Position numbers and translations under genes: made by a program
Source: Enoplolaimus lenunculus
Lineage: Eukaryota
Length of the DNA: 64,000 bases
NCBI GenBank assembly: GCA_030248215.1
Contig: JASANG010000864.1
Span: 124,001 to 188,000, forward strand
Reading direction: 5' to 3'
Notes under the pieces: model-generated
Database searches by the model: none
Told to the model about the DNA's origin: nothing
The model's input: the letters and a program-made list of their open reading frames with translations, nothing else
In this document: in pieces, positions 50,744-64,000 of the stretch
Layout of the letters: each line of letters begins with the position of its first letter
Position numbering within the stretch: the first letter of the stretch is position 1

Positions 50744-53712
50744 AACAGCGGCCTATTCAAAAATGTTTTGCGACTCAGTACCATAAATTTTGAGGGCGAA
50801 AGATGGAAAACTGTTCCAGAACAGGTAAATCAATGACGACAACCAAAATAATTTGCAGATTTTAACCCGATACGTTTGCCTCAAGCTACGACTGCTAAAC
50901 AGGGTACACATACTACTAAAGACCGACACAGAAACCAGGGCCAATGATAGGATAGTCGCCACCGTAGACCGGTCCCAGGGGCCCCCAATAAAATGTTTCA
51001 CAGCTCTATAACTTTGTGATCCTTGAAAAAATTTTACTTTGCCAAGATGGGGTCCCCAACGGTCAAGGCCTCCCGATTAGGGTGTTTGCGGGGCGCTTCC
51101 GCCGGAATTGACCGAAACTGGGTTTGTATTTAATGCGTTCAATACCAAATTAGGACGAAGCCATCGCAACCCTACTCGAACCAGAATGCTAACGAAAAAA
51201 TATACAAATATGCAACAAGCTTACTCAATACAGCAGCAATACACCTACGTACATATTTCCTGTATAGCAAGATAAACAACTATAGTTACCATAGAACCTA
51301 GCAAACAGAACACATATAAAACATACTAGTCACATTAGCCCAGCTAGCGCGCACAAAGATATGCCTTACGCATATACGAACGGACCCGAAATCAGGCTCA
51401 GAAGCGATCACGACAGTTACAGGCCATAAACAGCTACAATGCCGAAAAAAAACTAAAAAAATAAACATACAACGCAGGCACACAGAGAAAAGACACAAAT
51501 AAAACCGTACAACATCGGTCAAAATACCACTTGATTCGACTATAAATACAAAACATTGTGTTCGAGTAAATCCCAAACCGCTAATAAACACGACACATGC
51601 TTCTCGTATGACGTCGTAGCGTTGACGTTGAAAATATTTAAAATATTTCAAGTCAATCAACTTGTAAAGCCATTTTCAATGTAACAAAATTATTAAATTA
51701 AAAATTATATGCCAGCAAATTAATAAATGTTGCAAAATCCATTAACGATAATATTGAATTCATTTGTGAAGCGTTAGCGGATCCAGTCTATAGTGGATAT
51801 AGGTACCTATCATCCCAAACGGTCTTGTCGTGCTACACCTGTTACTAAATATGCAAAATGTTTATCAGAAGCTTTGAATGCAATTTCTTTATAAATAATT
51901 GCAAAAAAATCGAAAAAGAGCCTGAACCAAATAAACCGTTTCAGTCACCCGTTCAGCACCACGATTTTGTACAAACTAAAATTCAAAAACAGCAACATTT
52001 TTTCGTCCACCAATAAATCGTGGACCCGTCATTGATTTCAGGTTTCAATTACAGAATTCTAAATTTCGGTCGATCAAGTTGATCTTGAGTAGTGTCTGTC
52101 GATTTAGGATTTAACTTTTCAAAATTGAATGAAAGCAAGCACTATACGTTTTAAGTTACTAAAGCACGTTGAGTTGGGAATGTAAACCATATGATCGCCG
52201 GAGATCAATGATTTGTAAGCCAATATTATATGACATTCACATTTTGTCGTTATTACCCGCTATTTAGGCCGCAAAATTTTTTATGTTCACGTCGAATCAA
52301 CATGGAACAAAACGTGTTCCGGGCTGCCTCAGATATAACGTGAACCACGCATTAACACCCTGGCTGTTACCAGGTTACAACCGGAGGTCTGTATCTGCAT
52401 CCCGCTCCGGCTGAAAATTGACCTCTGGCTCCGCTAGAATTTTTGCCGGAGGTTCCGACAATTTCGGTAGTGAATTTTTGCATAGTTTTACAAAATTTAT
52501 CTGTTTGACACGTTTCGTTTTATTTTTTGACACGATTTTGAGAAAAGAATTAGCTTTTAATAGATTATTAGATTTTGAAAATTAAATCATTAACGGTTTA
52601 GGAATTGGAATATGAACTTAACTTTTTGAATGAATAGAAATTTCTGAAACATATAAAAAATTGAGCGTACCTAATCTGTTTTCAAAATATATTGTGCTTT
52701 AGAATTTATTTCGGGGGGACATATTACAAGAACTGTGCTAAAGTCAAAGTCGAATGCTCAATTTGGAAAGCATTTCACAATATATGATATAAACAACCCA
52801 AAAATTTGGGGAATGTGTTCTGGGTGCAAATTGTATCACTATTTTTAGCGAAAAATGCGCCCAAGAAAGTTTTGTCACCTGATTTTATCTCACCTCCGGC
52901 ATGCTTTGTTGGCCTCCGGCAGTGGTATTTTTCACCTCGTATAAGCTCATTCTTACACTCAGGAATATGTTCATACTACTGTTACAGCCCAGTTCTACAC
53001 CTTGGCCTAATATTCGAGCAACCATAGCTGTTATGCCTACAATCCGTCAAACTGCATTGCGTTACTGTAATGCATTTCTGACTACGCATACAAATAGGAT
53101 TCAATTACCCGGAATTGAAAATTGTTCAAAATCTTATTTTCAAAATGCATTCTGTTTTCAACCACTGTGTCACTCCTTATCATGGACCCTGTATTCTGTA
53201 AAAACTACATTTGAATACGCTCGGCTAAATATTCCACCAATTTATACTTAAAATTTGAAAAAACCATTTTATAATAAAAATTTACTGTCAACGAAATAAA
53301 CATAAAACAGAGAGATTTGAAAACAATATAAAGTGAAAATCAAACCAAAAACTGTTTGGATCTGTTGAACATATTCGCTTTCCGACTAACAATTTCAAAG
53401 CACTTGAGCATTCAATTTTTTGTAAAGCAAAAACTTTATCTTCATCTATTTAAAAGTTGTCTAACATGACACATGGCAAAACATTCGACACGAGCTCAGT
53501 AAACAATCTCATCGCAAGAAAAAAAATTTGCAGGATACAGACCATGATACCATTTCATACTTTACTCGAATCAATACGTCCTCTATTTCAATGTCACAGC
53601 AACTAATAACTATCCTTCACAACGTTCATTTCGTTCAATTCCCATCACGCCTGTTTTGATCAATCCAATAACCCAACGAAGCAATGCAGTATCGAATAAG
53701 TTTGGACAACAT

Positions 53713-56700
53713 TCAGTTTGCTTCCATAAGCTGTTCTTCAGCGTCTGACTCCTGTTCAGAAGACATCTGTTCGATATGTTGTGCAACTGCCTCAGTTTGC
53801 TTTGATGTCGAGGCTATAAACGAAAATCCATGTCGGAAAGATGTCCATCAAGATAAACATGCATCTCATACAAGAATAAGGCACTTGACAAGTATTCCAC
53901 ATTAAAAAAGTAAACTTCTGAATCAGATATAAATTGGTCAAAACAAGTCGTTACATTCAACGTCATGTTTGTAATCCATTTGTTCAATGTTTTATATATG
54001 ACAATAATTAGTGCTATGTCCGAGAAAAAATCCGTTCCTGTAGAAACCGATTACATTTGACTGCTAAAATTTAGATATACATGCATCAGGTAATTACTTT
54101 GCCCACTTGCATGAATAACAATCGAAATTACAGACAAACACAATGCTTACCTCCTGGAGCTTTAACGAGACCAATATGTTTCGAGACAGTACTAATATCG
54201 CGAGCTTTCCTGATCTGTTTTCCCTTTTTTAGCCTGAAAGTGCATCAAGTTGTAAACAATATACACCGGAACTGTAACATCTAGGCGTTCAGGCCTAACA
54301 TGCTAATAGTCAAGGATTTACAGAGCATTACGCTGTCCAACTTGTGAATTAATAAAAATACGCAAACATAGATTGACCCACAGATTAAACACAATATAAA
54401 AAGGGCAGGGATGGACGCTCTCTGTAAAAACAGAGACCTACTTTACCGAGACGGTGACTGCTGATCTCGGTTTTGGTAAACCTTTCCACAGTTACCGAAA
54501 ATGCAGGTGAAATGTTTTTCGCAAAAGATTTGAGTCTTATTTGGTTACTTCAGCGTAAAACCTTGTTGCGCCAGCTAAGTTGCTGGTTAACTAATGAGAT
54601 CAAACGAAAAAAACCCGCAAAATTTTATTTCTCATTTAAAAATCAACGAAACCAATGACCACAGAAATGTAAAAAGATGGCTACGGTGTTTTGGTCTCCG
54701 TTTGAAACATACCGAGACTGAAAAAAATCCTGGGGCGAGACCAACTACATCGTTAGACTCTAAGTAGTCAAAACATATTTCTTGTGTGACATTACTACAT
54801 AATTTAATTCATCAAAAAGCACGTGGTTAGATATTAAACATATACTGTTAACTATGAACTAACCTATTTTTAACATGAAGGGCTTCTCTTTTCAGTTTAA
54901 TGTCGTTGACTTTCTTTATCGCGGAAACTTTAACAAAATTAAAAAACTGTCGATGATTAGATTAAACACGCAGTTAAAATTTACATTAAGCGAATAGTAG
55001 ATAGATAATTGATATTGCGGATATTACACCGAAAAGGCCTTCGAGTAGACAGGTGTACGAAGTCGGCCATTGCATTTCTTACAGCTAAACTAACTCATTA
55101 ATACGACTCTCATGCAATAGCTTAAAGTCAAGGGAGCTGATGTCTCTGACGGCTGAAATTTTTCAACAGAAATATCGTGCGTGTTCCTCTATCTCACTAA
55201 CACTGCACTCCAATCAATTCTTATCCTGAACTATCATCATTTTCAATTTGCATATTTTCTGATTTAATCATCTGAATCTAATGAATATTTTGCGCATCCA
55301 CCATAAAATGCTTAGCTGAACCACACGATTACTAATCGGCATTGCTTGTTCAGGTTATATAAATCATCTACAAAATTCACGTTTAGCTAATTTATCTGGT
55401 ACAATCATTGTTTGTTATGTCGGAATGACCAGGTACATGCACAACAAATGAGACCTCATTTATTCTAACTCCCTTATTATTAAACTGACATTCACCGACT
55501 ATTCTGAGAAAATTCCAGCAAACGCTAATTCCAGGTTAAACTCTTGATTACTTAACTATCAGTGTTCGTCATCATTTCTTTAAAAATTCGTCATATTATA
55601 TTTAGCGTTTTTTCTGTGATTGTTCCTGACATAATCTAATGGAACTTTCAGTAACTCTAACTGATTACCCTCAACCGATTAATCTCGGTGTCCTTTCATA
55701 TGAAAAAATGTCAGCTGTCACCTTATTGATTCTAAGCTAATCTTGATATTCGCTGATTTTATTTGCCTAGATTTTCATTTTGGTATGTGCCACCACATTA
55801 ATGCTCCGTAGCAGACTACGTACTACTAAAACTAGCGTTCTGCATATATAAACATTGCGGTTTTGGTAGTCAGACTCCGTGACTTTCCAATGGCTGATCG
55901 GCTTACCGCAAGGGTAAGATAGTGTATATAATAATTGTCTATACATCAGATCAGAGTTTAACAGGAATTCGCAGAACCGGAATTTTTACGGTTTTGTGCA
56001 ATCATTCAAATATTGGAAATTTTGTCCATGAAAAATTGTTCAACATGAGTGTCTTGCAATTACTTGAAATTTGTTAATAAACTTTTTTGCTGTATTTTCT
56101 CGAAACTTGATTATGAAGCCTTAAAATTCGCTTAAGCTATTTTAGCAAGTTTTCTAAAAAGTTCAACAGTAATTAGATAACGAAAATTATTTTAAATTCC
56201 GGTTCCTGTTACTGAACCGGTTCCTGTAAAGTAATTGAATTGCTGTTTCTGCTCCTATTCCGGCAAAATATAGTTTCTTTTGAAACCCTACACTTCTATC
56301 TATGCACAAAATCTGAAAAAATTACATAAGTTTAAAATGTACGTAGTAGCTTCATATTTAGGCACACGTTTTAAACAAGAAACAATGAAAAACTTACTAT
56401 ACCTGTCTCTGTCCAAAGCTCTCTGCTATATTTAGTGGGAACGTTTCGGATTTTTTCAAACTGAAGTGCAGGATCAACCGCCAATTCTTTTCCGGACGCT
56501 TTCCGGTACGACTTTGTCCAACGCGTTCGTCGTGGATTGCGTTTCTTTTTGAATGCGCGGTTACACTTTGGACGGCAAAATTTAAACACCTAAAACAATT
56601 TTGAGTATATACGTGGATGTAAACTTTTACTATCAAAGTTCACATTTGAGTTTAAAAAACAAATATAGAGTTTGATGTTAGTAAGCAATTATATGTATTG

Positions 56701-56843
56701 GCCAATATCAAACTAGACTGAAAACAACCCAAAAACTGCTTGCACATCTGAACTTAACCCACTTTACAATCGTTACGGACAAACGTAACGCCATGACCGG
56801 GATAAACAGTTGACGAGCAGAATGAACACTTGTCCAGTCGCAT
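53713..56843 (-). CDS. RSL24D1: Ribosome biogenesis protein RLP24 (ribosomal L24e-like); 5 exons
   Basis: Exons 56843-56763, 56589-56403, 54927-54864, 54233-54151, 53813-53713. Protein starts [66 protein letters not shown] and ends in an acidic tail. Confidence 0.96.
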
Positions 56844-57627
56844 AATTACTGTTGTTAAATGACTATAGTAATTTATATAATTACGGTTTACCAACACTAA
56901 ACTATACGAAAAACATAAGATGTGAAACTCTTCAAACTTGTTGACCAGCGATCAACCGGATATTAATTTTACCGGATATAGCGTTTAAATTTTCGCGCTG
57001 TCGGTAGAATTTAATTAAGTTTTAACTTGGATTTTTGATTATGAGCTTCATGGCTTGTGGTGAAACGCAATCGCAGCAAAACGTCTAGCATTTTCACAGT
57101 CGTGTAAAATTCGAACCAGTACGTATATCTCAGGCATCAATGTTTTGCATACATATTGCAGCGGATATCTGTTATAAATGTATCAAGTGGCAACTCATAT
57201 TATTTGTCGCGTACTGCACGATGGAATATCCGAATGAACAGCACATATATACGCAAAACGTTAACACGTGATACACATTGCATTGCAGCTACGCAGCAAG
57301 ATGCAATGCGGAACTGGATTGATTTAGGGTATCTGTTATCCAGTCACTATTTTCAAAAATGTCGCCTATACAAATTGGCAGTGCTTTTGGTTCTCCAAAT
57401 TTTAACTATAAACAATTATTGTGATTTTCAACGCAAAACGGTAGCTTTGTGTCTTTCGATGTTGAGATCGAGAAAATTTTTGTGCAACATATCACAACAG
57501 GTAAAAATTTAAAAATTCCGAATACGATTGATTGTTTAATCGGCATCGAGATTCTACTCGGAACCGAACTTGTAATCGGAACCTAAAGTTTGGTTGCACC
57601 CTAACTTAGAGAAGTAGTTAAAACAGT

Positions 57628-57725
57628 GCCATTACACCTCAGTTGGTAACAGCATTGACCAGATTAGCAAGAGGTCGCTGGTTCGATTCCAGCCGTGGTT
57701 AGCTGTTTCGACTACTTAGCAATAA
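57628..57725 (+). pseudogene. tRNA-derived SINE-like copy (same family as 6856)
   Basis: CTCAGTTGGTAA...GGTCGCTGGTTCGATTCCAGCC, then the shared tail tgtttcgactactt. Confidence 0.65.
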
Positions 57726-59170
57726 GAACAATTAACTACACTCATATTGCGCACAGGACTGCACAAACTTACATGGAGACCAAAAGGATGCAACCGGAAT
57801 TCAGACAGCCGTTCGGAAATCCGGTATACACGCACGTATTCTTCACTATCCGGTTCCGGTGATAAATCCGCTCTCATTCGAAAATTTAAAAAAAATTGGG
57901 ATATTATCGTAACTGAATTTTCTAAAATTATCTGAGCGTGTATTGCCAACATTTTCAATTTGTCATACTGCATAATTTTATCATACTTTTCCCCAGCTAC
58001 TGCGTTTGTTTCGGAATTCTAATATTCTAAATGGTGTGTTTACACAAAACATTCCATTTTCAATGGTCTTCGAGTGCACAGGGGAGGTCTTCCCCTGTAT
58101 GGTCCTCGGCTGGGACAAATGCTTCACCCGCGTCTTCAAGACTTATATAATTCAAACAGAAAACGATCATGTGTGTCAAAATAATAGCACTCAGTTATTC
58201 ATGCGAAGCTAGATTTGAATTAACTTCAATGTAAGCTGCACAAGTAAATACATACTTGACTAGGTTCAATTAACTATTAAAAGTTCCAGACGAATTTGTT
58301 GCCCCCTGGTGACCACCATGGGACCGCAAGGCGCAAATGCATACAGCTGCGGTGTGGGTCCTCCATGAAAAAGTGTGGGGTATTGCACAATAGAATACCC
58401 GAATGAATAGCACACACATAAAGTCAACACGTCACGATAGGAAAGCAAGGGCATATCTTGTGATTGCAAACTTTGACGATCAAACAAAGTGAATATGTTT
58501 AATAGTAAATCCCTGCAATGCAGATGTGTATTCTGCTAATTCTTCCACCAGTATAATTTGCAGTTCATGAACACAGGTGTTTTTACGCAATCACTTAAAC
58601 AATTCACATATTTTACAGAAAAGGTAACAAACTAAGAAGTTATACAGAAAAGGTAACTAGCTAAGAAGTTACAATCCTAATATTTTACAAAAAGGAATTT
58701 AATTGAGCTAACGGTTATCGAAAACACTCCCTTATTTTTCAATTAAAGATGATGCACTACAACAGCACTACTTGTTGGATATTCAGCTTTAGAAATTAAC
58801 GTTGTAATAAATTCCATACTTTAACAATATATGAAAACCATTATACTTATAATGAGATAGTTTGACATGAACTAATAAAATACATCTTAAATTTATCCGT
58901 AAAAAGTGCTGTTTCGCGATTTCCTTACCGTAATGACTCCAGATAATATACCCTATCCAAATAATTACATCTGGTGCAGGAAGATGCAGGTGTGCTTAGC
59001 TAGTCATAATTGAAACCATCTCATGTTTTCGTTTGATGTACTGTTGGTATACATACATTCTAACCTTTCTAAATCTTTAGGAATAGAAGTACTTATTTGT
59101 TTCAGTGTGAATGGTTTTATTTTTAGCTGTTTTTAAAACCATGCAAATAGTAATGTAACGTTTGTTTAAA

Positions 59171-62100
59171 ATGTCTGCAGCCGTTGATGTAGGCGAGTCG
59201 GACAACGACCCTGATTTAGATGAGGGTGGTGGAGGTACGTTTATTATATCAGGTCCAGGTTATCAGTCTAGGCAGGAACCAGTACTTCAGACCTTAATAT
59301 AACTAAGCAGCTGGGAAAGAAGGCATACGGCGTGGATTTCGGATTAGCGGTTTACGGATGTTTTAGGCGAAGGTTTTATATCTCTGCGCCACACAGCGCG
59401 CCTCGAAATGCTTTTCTAGTCGACTATATGTCGAGACGTGTGCTGTTGGCTCGTTTGGCCTACCTGTAAGCATGTGATACGTGCTTGTCCTGGTGCATAT
59501 GCAATATATGCAATACACATTGTATAGTAAGCTTCCAGCAACATACAGTCGACACATAATCGACGAAAAAGGTACTTGTAGAGGCGGGCTGCTTGACGCA
59601 TTGGTAGAGCGCTTGCCTTGGTATTCGTAGATAACTAGTTCGAAATTACCCATTACCCGCAGAGTGCAATCGGAATTCAGATTCCAATCCGATTAGAATT
59701 CCGATTCAAAACGAGTTCCGATTGCCCAATTGCGACAGGAATTTGCACGTGACCCAGGGTGGCATCAAAGATTGGCATTCGGCAAAACTTTGTGGGTCGG
59801 ATTAGGATTTGGTTGTGAAATTGTGAAAATGCCGAATCCAACAATGTTCGACAATATGTTTTTCATTTTTAAGGAATAAAATCTTAACTACCTTGTTAAA
59901 TGAATCCTTACTTTTATATTTCAGGTCACATATCTCAGAACTAAAGTCGGACACGAAATATGTTGCCGTTTAAAAGTTATGCGGCTGGCAGGGTTCCAAT
60001 CGGACGTACATTTTGTCGGAAACGGGATCGAATCGGAATCAATTTTTTGTTGGAACTGGAATCGGAATTGAAATTTAAGAATTAGTAAATCTCTAAGAAG
60101 CAAACTGTATGACTTTTTATTTTTGTAGTAGTATGCCTGTCTGTGTTGTCCACAGTTTTGGTAAAAATAGCTTGTACCTATATATAGCTGACTGCTTTAT
60201 CGATCTGCTAACGCTGTAAAACTCCTGCCAATTTTAAGAGCGACCTGCTAATTCTCAGAGCACTGGATTATCTTGGCTAAAATTGTAAATGCCGTTGGCA
60301 ATATATAAGAAAGCGAAGTTGGAAGCGACTGTTTTGCGTGAGATTTTGGTTTCCAACTTTCCCAAATTTATATTTAAATTTATGTACATTGAGTTTGTTG
60401 TTTTCTCACAGATCTATTACACATGTTTCAATTTTTGTTTACAGATATCTGCAGGGTGTGCAGAATGGAAGGCACTCCAGATCGTCGATTATTCCATCCA
60501 TGTGTTTGTACAGGGAGCATAAAATATATCCACCAGGAGTGGTAAGGAACTGAGTGTGTTGGCAACAAAATGATAACACCCACCGATAGCTAGAAAGTCA
60601 GTCAAAAACGATACAGTAAGGTCCTTGTAAGTACGTAGAAAAGCACAGAACTATTACCATTCGCAGCAGTTAATAAATTGCTATGCGGTTAACTTTAATT
60701 TTGATTGAAACATGCTCTTATAATAATTTGTTTCGGACGACTGCCGGTTGCACCCGAAAGTTGTTTGTTTCGTTTTACCTGCCTCTTTCAGCAAGGTTCG
60801 CAATTTCTAAGCAATACGTACTGGCAGATATGTAAGTTTAAGTATTGTAACATACCATATGTGATAGCTTTGTAAAATGCAAGGTTCCGATTCGGATTTG
60901 ACAAAGTAGCAATGAATTCTGATTCAGTGTAACCACAGTTCAAAAATGCTACCAATTTTTTAAACTTTCGACATATACTAATTCTTTCAACAATCATAAA
61001 ACGATTTTTCTAAGAATATCGTCAATTTATATATTTTGAAATCCCAGACCGAAATGAACACGATTCTCGCCGAAAGAGCGCCAGATTTTGTGTCTTTAAG
61101 ACACGGTTGCGATAATTCGAATTGTATATTTCACAAAATTCTATGTGGATGGAGCAAATGTTGTTTTTCGGGTAACTATGCGGTTGCATGGCTTTTGCGC
61201 CTATATGTTGCCGTTTCCATGCCCCGATAAATCAATTGTTGAACTTGAATTTAATAAGTAAACGTTGTGACTAGTTTAACGAACATTTAAATTGTTTAAT
61301 TAATTGAATCATATTATATACATGCGTCAACGAATTCTCTGTTATCGTTTTGCTAATAATTGTTATTTAGTTCGTTTTCAGTTTAATTTAGTTTTTTTCA
61401 GTTTAACACAGTGGTTAAAGTTCAGTAAGAAAGAATTTTGCGAGTTGTGCAACTACAGATATACATTTCTACCAAGTAAGTGGGTTACTTTTATTGAGGT
61501 TGTATAGGATATTTTTTTCATGCAAGGTATTATGTTTAAACCGGTTAATGTTGATACAATAAGTCACTCATTTATAGTTATTTTAAATACCAAAGTAGTC
61601 GCGTAGTTTATGACGTTGCTGGGATTTCAGAAAATATACAGGGATGTGCTAACGCTAATACCAATAAATATGCCGATTCTGTTACCGATGCCGGTTCGTA
61701 TTTTGAACCTTTGCCGATGTTGATTCCAACTTCAGCGCAGTATGCATAAAGGACAGATCGGATATATACTACATTACATAATTATGCGAAGATTAAAAAT
61801 CCTAACCGCCAAAAAACAATTATAATTTTATGAAAACGGTTTATTTCAAATAATTTTTTCAAGAACAAACGCAAGACAGATAACAGTTTCGATAATCAAA
61901 CACACTGATATTAACCAAGAGGTGAAATTGGCAGAATTCTAACTCCCTATTATGTTCAAAAAGTATCGGCAAAGAATCGGCAATTTTTTTACAGTGCCGA
62001 TACCGATACTCGCGAAAAGCGCCGATTATTACGGATGCCGAAACCGATTAATTGGCACATCCCTAGTATGTTGTATACGCCCTTCGATCTATTTTTATTT

Positions 62101-64000
62101 GTTTTGTAAATTGTAATTCCAGTTTATCATCCTGAAATGCCAAAACATTTGCCTATCCGTGAGGTACTAAGTGGTCTCATGAAAAGCTTAACGCATGCCA
62201 TACGTTTTTGGTTTCATTACACGCTGGTCGCAGTGGCGTGGCTTGGAGTTGTTCCCCTTAGTGCCTGTATGTTGTTGCCGTTTTAATTTAATGACTCTTA
62301 GCCATCGCCACATTCTAGTCGTTGGTTTTGTAAAACATGTTAGGGTAACTCCCAAGCTAAAATTCACCGCGCTATTTGCCATTGGTAAGTAAAACACGTT
62401 TTAGAAGTTTTTTAAGATTTGGGTTTCTCCAAACTTCAGTTTTACATATTGATAATGTGGATAGTTGTTATTACTTAAGATTTTTTAATGACAGATTTAT
62501 ATACGTGAAATCGGGATTGTGAGCTCACATTTTTGATGATTCTAATCTAATCTGTCCACACCGATAAGTTCTTATATTTGACAGTAAAATCATTTTCATT
62601 TGGCGTGCTAGAAATTTTATAACCTTGCGAACAGAATTGTTCTCATTATTGTTATTAATATTATTTTTATATTATTATTACTATTATTATTATTATTAAT
62701 TTATTATTACTATTATTGTTATTACTATTATTATTATTATTATTATTATTATTTCTACTATTATTATTCCGTATGAGACGTTATTACTTTTCTTTCAGGC
62801 AGAATATATCGATTTTTGTTCAAATTCTCGTTGAGTTCAGTTCTTCAGTTGCCTTTTGATTTGCTGTCAACGTAAGTATTCTTCCGGCCCTCTAAACTCA
62901 GCGCACCGCAATAATTTACTTATAAGAGATAACACACTGTCAAAAGCATATTTTAGGTATTTCATTTTAATGTAAAATTTGCATCGTATCATACGTGTTT
63001 GGTGCTTTTTAATGTTTTTTTGCTTCAGCATAACAGGAAGTTAATATGTGGTAGGCCGGATGCAAAGTAATTCCTATTCCAGATGGAAGTTTCGTTGGCA
63101 GCGCATTAAGCAGCATGTGCGTGGCCTACTATTGTTAACTGTGCTGAATACGTAATGCTTAATTGTAAAGTTTAGCTTTAAATAAACTAAAAAACGGTAA
63201 AATCAGTTATCCTTTAATCGCATGTGCACCTTTGGCGTTGCGACCATGTATATCAACGTTAGCAACGTTAAAAATCATATATTTTTGCGTTTTAGCAATG
63301 ACTTGTTCGTTGATTGTTGTCAAGGCGCAGCGATTATTGCAGTTACACTGTGCGCGTTCATTAGTTTGGTATGGCTTCGCGAACAAATTATTCAAGGCGG
63401 CTTGCCTACTTGGATGGATGTGCCTGCTGCTGTAGCCGGTGCTGCTGATAATAACGCCGGTGAGCAAAATGATAACCGTCAAGAAGCTGTAGTTAATACG
63501 AACAGAAATAACAATGAACCACCAGGCGATAGTCTTGTTGAGAATAACGAAAATAACGCTGGAAACGCTTCGAGTGCGGCGGAATTTAGCGGACGTGAGC
63601 AAAAACCAATAAACGACACACAAGGGACCGAAAGTTCATTGAATAAAGAGCCCATAGGAGCTGACAAGCCGGCAGATAGGGAAACTAACGCCGGTCATAA
63701 TTTGCTACCTTCGGAAAAATTATCCGCAGGACAAGGCCAAAAAGCCGGCATTGAACTTCAAAAAGCGGGTGAAGCAATGACTTCGACAGCTCAGGATCAA
63801 CCGAAACCAAGCGAAAAGAAAAGTAATAAAACGCAAACGTCGTACGACACTCCAGTATCGCCTAGCCATTCAATAGTTTCGCGATTGTCTGGGGAATCTA
63901 GTAATCAGCAAAAACACAAAACCAAAAACCTAACTAATCGGCGACGCCGGCCTGGATCACCCTCATCGGTTAAAAGCGCACCAGGGCCAGGGCCGCTGCC
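59171..64000 (+). CDS. MARCHF6: E3 ubiquitin ligase MARCHF6/Doa10 (RING-CH), 5' part; runs off the window
   Basis: Exons 59171-59234, 60445-60541, 61402-61475, 62123-62266, 62799-62871, 63296 to beyond 64000. Sequence: [49 protein letters not shown], then [31 protein letters not shown] and [14 protein letters not shown]. Confidence 0.95.
59583..59660 (+). pseudogene. Highly degenerate tRNA-like remnant in MARCHF6 intron 1
   Basis: GCGGG...CGCATTGGTAGAGCGCTTGCCTTGGTA...AGTTCGAA...CCCGC. Confidence 0.4.
61639..62065. mobile_element. hAT-like MITE with CCGAT repeats
   Basis: TIR CAGGGATGTGCTAA / TTGGCACATCCCTA. No clear TSD. Confidence 0.6.
62645..62768. repeat. (ATT)n microsatellite
   Basis: Imperfect TTA/ATT run just upstream of a MARCHF6 splice acceptor. 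Confidence 0.9.

Noticed and set aside
49600..53600. Short ORFs in the gene-poor interval
   Set aside because: No motifs or consistent splice chains; the region looks like decayed MITE fragments.

Overview
AT-rich, intron-rich eukaryotic genomic DNA, most likely from a nematode. This is inferred from degenerate TTAGGC repeats and a protein closely resembling C. elegans BRE-4 as I recall it. By hand I built seven spliced genes with GT-AG, phase-consistent exons: an ATG4 cysteine protease (minus, 1732-6650); a two-pore K+ channel (TWK/K2P, 10338-16566); a second, inverted ATG4 paralogue (plus, about 21039-28448); a BRE-4-like beta-1,4-GalNAc transferase (30799-36505); an unrecognised three-exon disordered protein (minus, 41797-46185); RSL24D1/Rlp24 (minus, 53713-56843); and the 5' part of MARCHF6/Doa10 (59171 to beyond 64000). 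Introns and spacers are packed with small non-autonomous elements. The most unusual are a piggyBac-type MITE carrying an outward-facing tRNA-like Pol III cassette and a GG-terminated, 8-bp-TSD (Merlin-like) MITE carrying telomere-like TTAGGC repeats. Also present are a DINE-1/Helentron-like element with about 170-bp internal repeats, hAT and Tc2/pogo-type MITEs, tRNA-derived SINE-like pieces, a deleted RNase H-bearing LINE with nested insertions, and two palindromic minisatellites (33 and 39 bp). Most ORFs in the supplied track are not genes. No CRISPR array, rRNA or clearly functional tRNA is present. All similarity statements are from memory; no searches were run.
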